This document shows positions 37,101 through 47,784 of a DNA stretch of 64,000 bases, one piece after another. Source of the stretch: Pelomyxa schiedti (lineage: Eukaryota; Protista; Evosea); NCBI GenBank assembly GCA_020536535.1, contig JAHLWZ010000822.1, forward strand, positions 1 through 64,000, given 5' to 3'. Under the pieces are notes generated by a model. That model had not been told where the DNA came from and made no database searches. It was given only the letters and a program-made list of their open reading frames with translations. Each line of letters begins with the position of its first letter. Position 1 is the first letter of the stretch. The position numbers and the translations under genes are program-made.

Positions 37101-38701
37101 ATAACCAAGTCAATGCCCTCTACCTGAAGATCGAATCACATTCCTCGGCATATTCCACTCCCTCAACTTCCAACTTGTCTCCTGTTTTTCAGCAAATCCT
37201 AGCCGGGATAATTCCTATGGGCATGAGCCTTAGTGGTGACGAATTTTTACATCAAATTGGCTGTGATTCTTTGTCTACAGCTACACTTGTTAACAAACTA
37301 CGGCAACTGGGATTACGTGATGTGACCTATCAATCTGTGCACACATATACACTTTCCCACTTGTCGGAATTGGTCTCACGTGCTTCCTCACCACAAACTA
37401 GGGGCCAACCAGGTTCCCCATCTTTAGCCCTTCCAGGAAACTCGTGGTCTGCAGAATGCGAACTACCTTCAGGGTTTCCTTCTGCCAAGACATTAAAGAC
37501 TGCAAAATCTCATATACTTCTCACAGTGTGTAGAACTATTAGCGATCACCCCTGCTCAATATTTACTTTAGGGAGCAACTGGATTTCTCGGTGCTTGTCT
37601 CTTGCCTGAGCTGTTGAATTTTTTTCCCTCTGGTAGGCACATTTATTGTTTGATCCGAGGGAAACCCAGCTTGCCTATGTCAGCATCAGAGCGGCTAAAA
37701 GCAGTCATGATCCAAGCCAAGTTTGGATGGCCACTCACCAACGATATCACCGCAAATGGAGAACGAAGAATCCATGCCATCGCTGGTGACTTATGCACCG
37801 ACAAATTTGGAATGAGTGCCGAAGACTACAATCATCTGGTTTCCTGTATCGGTGATGTCTTTCACTGCGGAGCCCATGTTGATATGTTGATGCCCTATTC
37901 AGTACTCCGCGAAGCAAATGTTACCGGCACAGTTCGGGTAGCCCGATTTGCCCTTGAAGCCGGCGCAAGGTTGCACCACGTTTCATCCGTTGCGGCTTTG
38001 CCTCCGGGACTCTCAAGGGGTGATGAGGAGGACTGGATTACAACTCCAATTGGAAATTGTATGCTTGATGCACGAGGAGGCTACGCGCAGACAAAAGCTA
38101 TTTCAGAGAGATTACTCCACAAAGCACACACGGAATTCGGTTTGGATGTGAGAATATTTAGACCATCCACTGTACGCCATTTACCCATAGTCCCTAACAC
38201 AGTTTTTGGCGGCCACTAACATCTATCAACAAGGTGAGTGCTCACAGACCAACTCAATTCGAAAACGACAAGGACTTCACAGTAACACTTGTGCGTGCCT
38301 GTGTCAAGCTTGGTGTCGCCGTACCCACTCAAGCACCGAACCTTCACTGGATTCCATCAGACTTTGTGAGCAAGGCTATCTGCCACCTCTCAGGATCCAG
38401 GACCGGCAGTGTGTTCAACCTCGCCGGCGACGGCCCCTTGCTTCGGGATGCCGTAGTTGAAGCAATGTCCCGCTCCGTTCCACCAAGGCAAGTCACGTGG
38501 CTGTCGCCGAACGAGTGGTGCTCAGCAATCACGCAGGCCTCGAGGGCCACCAGTTCCCATGAAGCCCTGCTCCCTACTCCCATTGCCGAGATGTTATGTA
38601 ATGTCCAGTTCACGGCGGAGCCATCATCACCAGACAAGTGTGCTACCTCAACCAAATCTCGGGCCGAATTAGCAAAACTTGGTGTGGAGTGGCTTTCATG
38701 A
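34117..38701 (+). CDS. Carboxylic acid reductase-like NRPS (adenylation-thiolation-reductase) with two N-terminal beta-rich repeats and a ZZ-type zinc finger
   Basis: A domain: LFTSGSTGQPKG, LYGCREAG, YRTGDVG, DRCANYFKLSQGEWVSP. T domain: IGCDSLS. R domain: LLTGATGFLG, HCGAHVD, ANVTGT, GYAQTK, RPS. N-terminus: two repeats of VSGxWxG...LxGTW, then CRIC..RWFCTLC..CDNC..HCH. Confidence 0.88.
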
Positions 38702-38811
38702 GGAGCCTTTGGTAGAAAAAAATGGGTTCCGTCTTGTGGTTCCTGTCTATTTTTTGAAACAACACCCAAAAACCTTTGAACTTTTTACTTGGCCATAGTA
38801 GCACAAAATTT

Positions 38812-40538
38812 TTAGTATTTGCAGCAACCTTTACATAACCAAGCATAGAGTGTTGCTACAAAAGGGTATCCAAAGAAAACCCCAAGTAGTACAATAAAAT
38901 TGCCCAGTGTTGTGTCTCTGAAAGAAGGCAGGTTGGTCAACCTTATCAAGGTTATTTGGCCTACAATCATCACCAGCAGAAGGGGCCCTGCAACTTGTTG
39001 GGTGGCAATAAAGGGCAAGTTACATACGGAAACAGCGGAGAGCCACTACTAGAACAAGTTCATGCCACAGAGCAGACACAACAAAGACACTCAACATGGC
39101 AATTCGTTGAGTAAAGCCGGCATCCTGCATAGATTGCCAATAAACGTGCCTTCTCATCCAATCTGCCACCTAGCACAAATGAATCTACAATGTAATAGAA
39201 CAATGAAACTTTACAAGTGTATTCCATTCGCTCCACCAGACTTGCATACTTCTGGCAGTCCACCATGCTTCATAAAATCTTCTGTCCTCATATCCATGTA
39301 TCTAAGAGATATAAGAGACCCCTTCTTTTCAATGGAAATAAATGCCTCGGCTAGAAGATTCAAACAGGCGTGGAATAGGCCAAAAGCCATACTCATGAAA
39401 GTGATGAACCCTAGTAATGCACTAAACACTAAATGATGCTCTAGGTAATGCAAACCTGGAAGGATTGCCTTAATAATCAAGAAGACTACATTCGAGTTAT
39501 CAATGGAACTCCAGATTGGAAGCAACGCTTGGACAATTGTAATGTACGCAAGGGCGAAAGAAGCCACCATCTCGGTGAAGTATAAAGCAGCGTGTTGCCA
39601 ATTAGTGCGCTTGTTGATTGGGTACTCGATATAGTAACACAAAGTAGGATAGATCATGAATTTAACAAAATGTTTAACAGAGACAATGTTGTAAAACAGA
39701 CTCTTTTGGTGCTGCAACAATGATTTGTATTGAAAACAAGGATGGAATTGCCACACCTCTGGTTTTGCTTTGGGATTGTATACAAGTCCACGTTTTGTAA
39801 AAGATTCTTTTGGGCCAATATCACGATCAAACTTAGTCAGTCCCAAAAGAAATTCATATATGTGACGGTGCGTGAAGAAAAATCTGGTTCCAAGTCAGCT
39901 GAACGATATGTGAGAAAGCCAAAGGGAATTACGAGTGAATTTTCATAGAATACCTTTCCAAGCGTTAGTGATTCATATTAAAAATGGGAAAAAGCATACA
40001 CAGCACACTGCATAATAACACATGCCCCAGCTATCGGAGAAAAATTAGGCCTGAGGTAAAATAGCAATGCAATAGGCAGAAGAAGCACTCCTGCTTGCAC
40101 AAAAGAATACGCAGTATATGCAGCTGTCCCAAATGATGCATATCCTAGCGCCACAGTCTTGACCAGCAAGTAGACGCTGGCCGTGTACACAGCAAAAAGC
40201 ACATTTATGACCAATACAACTGGCAGATCGTGCAAACTCGACCAAAGCAGGGTTGTGTCTACTCTGATGCCGGATTTTCCGTCCCACACCAGCATCGCAC
40301 ACCACACGATCGCGAACATGACCACGAAGTTGGCAGCGGTGTTGCTCATTCCCTTCTCGCTAAAATACGATGCGCGCGGAACCGGCCAGTGCGTACGTGT
40401 GTCGGCGCCGCGGGCGTCAACGTCACGCGGATCTCGCGAGATCTTGGTCGTTGCTTTGTCAGTGTGTCTTACGATGTCGTCATCCAGATGAGGCTGTCGC
40501 TGCGATGCCTGGTTGTTGTGCACTTTGGTTCTTTTCAT
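38812..40538 (-). CDS. MBOAT acyltransferase of the SOAT/ACAT-DGAT1 type
   Basis: FMIYPTLCY..EYP, FHACLNLLAE, DRRFYEAWW..WWSEWN, catalytic His in SALWHE, and LGNFIV. Multiple transmembrane segments. Confidence 0.87.
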
Positions 40539-40812
40539 TCTTGTTTTGAACCGAAATGCGAAATCCAGTAACAGCAGATGCCGGATCCAAAAAAACGTCA
40601 TTTTCGCGAGCCCCTTTTGGATACTGAACACCAGTTCCAGATAGTGGCTCCTCCCCTGTTCGCAATTTAATTACGGAGTTGTTGCGTTGGTTTCCTTGTC
40701 TCCTTTACAAGATGACCAACAACTCCCCCCCTTTTGTTGTTGTTTTGATTGCCATCCATCTACGAAACCATCAAGAACGTTAGAAAGAAATTAACACCCC
40801 CACAACGGTAAA

Positions 40813-41754
40813 ATGGGAGCAAGCGCCTCAGCACCGCGACCCGGCAACAACGAACTGGCCGCCGAGACTGGTCTTACCATTGAGAATGTGAACGCAATTA
40901 TGGCACACTGGCCCAACCGGGAGTCGCTCAAACTCGACGCGTTCACTGAGCTCGTGGCTCGGGCCAGAGTCGTTTTCCCGAATCTCAAAGTTTTGGCCAG
41001 CGAAGGTTTTGCTCACGAAATATTTTTCCTGTTTGACAGGAATCACGACGGTATGCATTTTTCTAATTTAAGTCGCTCTTATTGGTATAACATACTATTG
41101 GTTTCAATCTATTTCCTATCACGTTTATGTACGTTTACATTAGGGAGAGTGTCATACACGGAATTCCTTGGAGGACTGGCGATTTTGGCCAAGGGAGACT
41201 CTATTCAAAGAGCTAAGATGTTGTTCCAGGCCTGTGATGAAAATAGTGATGGACAAGTAACGAAGGGTGAGTTCATAGGAGCCCTCAAGACTTCAATGAA
41301 TGCATGCAAAATACTCGTTAAAGCTCAGTTACAAAGTTACATGAACCGGACTACTGGCGGGAACTTTGGCAGTATTTTTTCCCATTAATACTTAATTAGA
41401 TTGATAACTAACCTAAAGTAAGCCGGACTCATCAGTTCCATGATTCTGAGTGCCGTAAGCTTTGATGCCGATAAGTTCGCTGAGCTTGCCTTCACTGCCG
41501 ACACAGACCATAGTGGGACTCTATCGATGGAAGAATGGCTTGCCCACTTCCAATCCAACCAGGCAATTGCCCGCCTATTCGCCTTTGCCTCTGGTGACCT
41601 TATTGTGGCCCCATCATCACTGACTGGTGACACCCAACGTGTTGTGCGGCTTCTCAGTCTTGAATTCCCGGCCCTCAGTGATGCCACAATTACAACACTC
41701 CTTGATGAATACAATACTGAGGCTGCCAAGTCCACACATGCAGCTAGGCTTTGA
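40813..41754 (+). CDS. N-myristoylated EF-hand protein (NCS/calcineurin-B-like) with C-terminal CUE-like domain
   Basis: MGASAS; EF loops DRNHDGRVSYTE, DENSDGQVTKGE and DTDHSGTLSMEE; tail VRLLSLEFPALSDATITTLLDEYN. Confidence 0.8.
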
Positions 41755-42377
41755 TCAACACCAATCAATCCACTTCAGCCAGTCTGGTGATGTTTGTTGT
41801 CACTGAGTATCTAAAAAAAAAACAACTCCATAGAACAAAAATCCACCAAACAAAAAAAAAAACCAACACAAACAAACAGGGGGCAATTCAGATGTGAGCA
41901 TGTCTTTTCCAACCAATGCAACAACAGATGTATGTATCCTTGTAGTTCTGGTGAGCTCTCAAGTTAAGGATAGGACTTCTGTCAGGAATTCGAACTCCCC
42001 CTGATAAGCACTTGTAATCCTCAAACTTTGCCCTGTAAAGTCGTTTTTTTGACGGTGTGAGGAGTGATGGGCGCAGGATTAAGGGAATCCCGGTGTGATG
42101 ACTGGGCGCCAAGTTGGCCAACTAATTATGGCCATTCACCGGAACCGGCGAGTTCACTCTAACAGACACCAGCCAACCGACCCACCTTATAAACCCCTCT
42201 GTATCGTGTAAATAGTTGAGACAAAGTTGTGATATAAGCAAACACAAACACATGAGAACAACAACACTATACAGCCCACAACGTCCCTCACCCAGACCAC
42301 ATCTCTTACAACTGTGAGGCAAGATGCCCCCAGCACGGGCAGGAATTTTGTGTGGTCTGAAGGTAGAAAAATAACGA

Positions 42378-44037
42378 ATGAGAGAGCACGTTTCCTCGAT
42401 TGTGGGGGCGGTTGCGCGGCACATCAAGGGTATTGGGGGGAGGCAACCAGCGGATCTGGAGCTCCTTTTTGTTCAAGTAGCCACTCCCACAACGCTGCCT
42501 GCCAACACGAAACACTCAAAAAAAAAAGGTGATTGCACGGCACGGGACCAGGGCTCCTTTGGGAATATTCTCCTCTGCCTTCCCTAAAGTGGGTTGCTGT
42601 TCTATTTGTTTTTTTGGGTTTTTTCCCATTGTGTTTGTTCATCAAGAGCAGGATACTCCATGTGTGGGGAGACCCAACCCAATAAGTACAATGTCAACGA
42701 GTGCTGACACTCTGGTCAGTCATTATGTGCCTGAAGACCAAGACCCTGACGAAACTTCCACAGAGCCAGTTTGCTTCACTTTTCTCACCAACTCACTTTA
42801 AAATGACAACCCTGTTTTTTATGTTTAGGGAAGACTCACTATCTTCGGAGTGGAGGAGATGATTAACGTTGGAAAATACTTACGAGACAGCTATGTCACA
42901 CAGCACCACTTATTACCAGAAGATTACGATCCAGCTTTCATTTTTATGCGGTAGATTCGAGGATTTGCATTGCCTGCATCTCAATTTGGCATACAGGTCC
43001 ACTACCGTCGACCGCACTATCCAGAGTGCTAAAGCGATTATGCGAGGACTTTACCCAAGTGAACATCGGAGCTCACAGCACAAAGCAATTCCAATATATT
43101 CCTTGAACCAAAATGCAGAAAACATGTGGCCCAGATCAGCTTGCCGAAGGTTTGTTTGCTTACTAGAATAACACCAATAACGGTCATTAGATTGATGGAG
43201 ATGAAGCAAAAGTTAAAAAAAACACATGGTTACCAGTCTATTCTAAATAAATTTTCGGGCATAAGGTACCCCTTTGAGCCGTCAACTTGAACCTATATCC
43301 AATTCAGAGATTTTCTCAAAGACCAGTTTGGAGAGGGAATCCAGAAAGAATCTTTTGAGGGAATCCACAACTCCATTGAAATTATGAAGAGATTAAATCT
43401 CCCAATACAATGTAAGGGGATCTCTGAGAAGGAGTTACAAAAGATGGTATTGTACTTCTTATTTGTTGTAGTAACGCAAATAGGCACACGAGGCATCATC
43501 TACCTTGATGAAGGAACTCCATTCCATGGAGTTTTTACAGCTGGGTATAGGGCGGTTTTTGCATGACATACTAGAATCTATGCGTTTAAAGGTGGGGAGG
43601 ATGTTCATTTTTGTTGCTGAATTCTTGGCAGGTAGCTGGAAAAGTTACCACTAAAATGTGCATTTACACTGGCCATGATAATACGTGTGCGTCTCCTCTG
43701 TAAATACCATCATGCTTACGCTCTGTACAAAAGTGGCACCCATTCAACGAGCATTGGGCATCTTTGTTGGCCATCCTGCAATGGGCTCATTCCTGTGCTT
43801 AGAGCTGTACAGGACGAAAAAGAGCTCACATGACCACTACATCCGGGTACTCAGTGACAATAGACCAGTGATGCTACCCTTTTCCAAAAAGCAAGGTCCG
43901 ACAGTGCAATAACTAACATGTCTTTCTTGCCTAATACTCTTCTAGTGTACTGCCCATATGCCACCTTCCTTGAACATGTTGGTAAATATGAAATTGACAC
44001 CCACAGTTACGAAGTACAGTCGGCGCTCTCTTGGTAA
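42378..44037 (+). CDS. Histidine acid phosphatase (branch 2, ACP6/ACP2-like)
   Basis: LLFVQVIARHGTRAP, GRLTIFG, RSTTVDRTIQSA..GLYP, LYTGHDNT, LELY. Confidence 0.88.
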
Positions 44038-44120
44038 CACTACCAAATGAAAAGAAACAAAAGAACCACAAAACCAGAATAAGGTTTTTGTGTTATTTTA
44101 TGCTTTGAGAGGGGTACTAT

Positions 44121-45400
44121 TTATACTTTTTGTACAAAAGATGCCAGTAGTCCATAGTGATCAGATATCCATTTCATTGCCAAGCCATCCACTGGCATTT
44201 TCGCCACTATATCAATTTTTACAGGGCTTATTCGTCCCCGGACTACAACGCGGTCAAATCGAGACACAATAGCAGAACCCTGGCAGGAAGACAACACATT
44301 AGTGTTTGTTGTGCCATCAAACGTATATCCCCGTTCATCAGGGTGAAGTTGTGCCCACACATCCTCATATCCACATTTTTGTGCGTATTGTTCCTTCTTG
44401 TTGTAGTTGATGTTGAAGTCTCCTGCGATAATTGAGGCACTACAATGGCTCAGTAGTGAAGCCACGTGTGTGAATTGTAAGTCCCGTGCCTGTATAGCAT
44501 TGGCCTCACTCTGCAAATGTACACTAGCCATTCCAATGATTCCAATGGGACTGTCCCATTGTCCTGTGTAGATAGAAAAGAATAAATAGATGGGATTAGG
44601 AACTTTCGTGTGATTACGAAGCTAGGTACCAATTACTGCCTTCCTGCCGGTTCCAGGAAGGTCCACACATTCCATGGACTTTGGGAATGCGGTGGTTGTT
44701 TTAGATAGAATGCAGGTTCGGTAGGACGAGGTCTGTCCTACAAGTGAGGTGCATGCATAGTGTTGTTGTATTGCGGGCTGTGCCAATAAGGCGTTCCACA
44801 GATAGGGAGTCATCTCCTGCAACAAAACAATATCAACGGACAAAGATGCAATAAGTTCCCCAAGAGCTTTCATGCGCAGCTCTACTTCTGTAAAATTTGT
44901 TTATTCTTGGTGGTTTTGTTCATACATTTTATATTAATTGTAGGTATAGATAGATGGCCATCTATCTATCAAAACATGCCATCCATTGATATCCAAACAT
45001 TAAGAGTCATCACAGAGAACGTTCCAACCAACTGTGACCCTACGTTCGTGGTACTCGTACTCGTTTCCGCTGTTGTTGTTGGTGGTGACGATGCTGCCGT
45101 TGCGCTCGATGGCAGGGCAGTCCCAATGTTTTGTGGGGGGCCACCATCACTGGCTGCTGCTGTTGTTGGTGTTGTTGTCGTTGATGCAGTGGGGGGCGTG
45201 GGCCCAGGGGAAGGGCAAGAACAGGGACAGGGACACCAGGAGCGGGAAGAAGGGGACCAGGCAAGGGGAGGCAGGGGCTTGGCGAGCAGGGGGGCCTTGC
45301 TAGCCGACGCGGGCGAGGCCGGCTTGATGAGGGAGGGTGGCTCCGGCGGGGGTCCCTTCTTGGCCAACCGAGCACGTCCCTGCTGTAGTGCCGCGTCCAT
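44121..45400 (-). CDS. Endonuclease/exonuclease/phosphatase family protein, TDP2-like
   Basis: MTLNVW, VLLQE, SVHLQS, IAGDFN, YTFD, SRFDRV, ISDHYGL. Confidence 0.85.
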
Positions 45401-45468
45401 TCGTTGTTTATTTTTGGTTTCATGTATGAAAAACCTTCGACGAATCAATCGATTGATCGACGAACAGG

Positions 45469-47688
45469 TTGGTGAGAGAATTCCGAAGAAGGGATTTCCT
45501 ACTGATTGCAGAGGCGCAATTGCGGTCGGATGCATCTACGGCAGCGAAATTAAATCAAAAACAAAGAAGGAACATTAAAACACCCCAACCACTGTATTGC
45601 AGGAGCTCTTTGATCGCGACAAGCCAAGCAAACACGGCGTCCCAACACCCGTGCAATTCCCCCAACTCTCCCACATCACCCACAACCAGCAGCAGCAACA
45701 GCAGCCTCGTCAACCACCCCACCGCCAACAGCAGCAGCAGCAGCAGCGACGGCAACGGCGCGGCCGCGTCCTCCATCTTCCCCTGGCTCGTGAGCCTGTC
45801 CGACGAGTTCCTGGACGGCGTGCTCGCGGCGTGCGGGCGCCGCTGGGGCGCGCGCTGGCTGTGCGGCAGCGGCCGCCGCGTCTGCCGCCTGTGGCGCTCG
45901 CGCGTCGACGGCAGCCCCGACGCCTGGCGCGGCGTCACCCTCCGCGTGCGCAACGACTGGGAGGCCGCGCGCCAGGCCCCGTGGGCCAGCTCCGGCGTCG
46001 TCCGCGCCCTCTCCTTCCGCGGCAAGATCGCCCCCTCTGAGACCGTCATCAGCAACGCCGGCAACTACCGCCTCGCCACCTCGTCTTCCTCGTTGGGAAT
46101 GTCTCTGCCGTCGCCCGAGTGCCCTTCTTCATTACCTTCTTCTACGGCATGTTCTAACTCCGGTGGGAGGATGTCGCCGTACTCGCCGCCCCTGAGGATC
46201 ATGAGCAGCAGGGACGCCATATCCGCCGCGACGGTGAGCTCTCTGGCCGAGGGCGGGGGCGCCAACCTGCTCAAGGTGGCGTTCCGCAGCTCCTGCGACG
46301 CCGCCGCCCTCGCGGAGGTCGCGTGCTGGTGCCCCAAGCTCAGGCACCTGGTCCTGCCCGCCAACGGGTGCCAGTCCGCCGTGGCCTCCATCGCCGGAGG
46401 GGGCGTCATCCTGCCGGCCTCGCTGCGGGTCTTCGAGCTCAAGGCCTGCGGCGCCGCGCCTGTGAAGAGCCCCGCGGCGCGCGCCAGGGCCGCTGTGGGG
46501 CACAACGCGGCGCCGCCGCCGTGCGACGGCAAGGTGAACGACTGCATCATGAGGGGGCTCAGCAGCGTGCTGCTCAAGCTTCCGAAGCTAAAGAGGCTTG
46601 TCATTCCGGCGGCCCCGCAGTTTGCGGACGAGTGCTTCTTGGCGGGCGCGGAATCTAACATTGAGAACGTGCGCTTGCTGGGAAGTGCCGAGAATTTTGA
46701 TGTGTCTGCTCTGGCAAATCTTCCGCAACTGCGTTGTGTAGAACTGAAAGATGCTCGTCCACAGCACCTTACTTCTTTCGCTACATTATGCTCCCGCAAT
46801 ATACAAAGGATACAGCTCTGCGGCAACTGTACCGATGCGGCGTTTGTAGCATTTGGTGGGCTGGCTTCTCTTCCACAGTTGAGCGAACTGAATATAAAGT
46901 ACTCTGACATCAGTGACGCTGGTATGCAGTGACTTCTTCCAAACCAAGTGCACTCACTGCGCCACATTTTATCTTCATAAGATTTGTGGTGTTGGTGGTG
47001 TGGTGGTTTGTTATGTTTTGTACGTCAAAACGAGGTCTGTCAAAGGGGATTATACTTATAATATCCACTATTTTCCCTTTCCAATCCTAACCAATTTCCT
47101 TATTAAAAAAAAACAGCTTTACAAGCTCTTGCAAATGGGGAGTGCCACAGATCTCTACTTATATTAAAACTTGAGCAGTGCCCTAACCTCACAAATACTG
47201 GCATAGTGGCAATTTGCCATGGCCTTGTTTCTATGCACACACTGCACCTGCGGCATTGCAACGGGATTGACAACCTCGACGGGTCCCTGTCATTCATACC
47301 AAACCTGCTATCTCTGTGTATATCCTCCAAGCACGTCCACAACAGCACCGTGGACTTCTTATCCACCGCTTCACCGGCCCTTGTTCAACTTGACTTGAGC
47401 GAATGCGGATCAGTTGAAGGGAATTCATTCACTTCTCTGCAGAAACTCACATCACTCCAAGAACTATCACTCTCACACACCCGGCTCACGGACTTTGCCC
47501 TAAGTGCCCTTGCTGACACCCTTGACATTCACAAACTGTGGATAAACTACTGTAGAAATCTGACTGCAACTGCTACCTCACTTCTGGCAAAAATGCACCA
47601 CCTACAATTACTGGAGACCAGTGGTTGTTGTTTCTCTCAAGTTGTTACGCAAGCCAGATCCCCAATAACAAGAAAGAAAGTAATGTAA
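45469..47688 (+). CDS. F-box/leucine-rich repeat protein; true start codon unresolved
   Basis: F-box-like LVSLSDEFLDGVL...RVCRLWR, followed by cysteine-containing LRRs (LKLEQCPNLTNTG, LHLRHCNGID, LDLSECGSV, LSLSHTRLTD). Confidence 0.78.
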
Positions 47689-47784
47689 AAGCCACTTTTT
47701 TTTTGGTTTTGAAATTTGCTTTGGTTTTTTTCTTCTTGTCTTCTGGGACCAATTAAGACCCCCAAAATTGAGGCAGAGAATAAG

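Noticed and set aside
41981-42004. GTTCGAAT T-loop-like motif suggesting a tRNA
   Set aside because: The T-stem does not pair correctly and no acceptor, D or anticodon arms were found.
46922-46932. Apparent premature TGA in the F-box/LRR gene
   Set aside because: It lies inside an intron (G|GTATGC...AAACAG|), and the frame continues after splicing.
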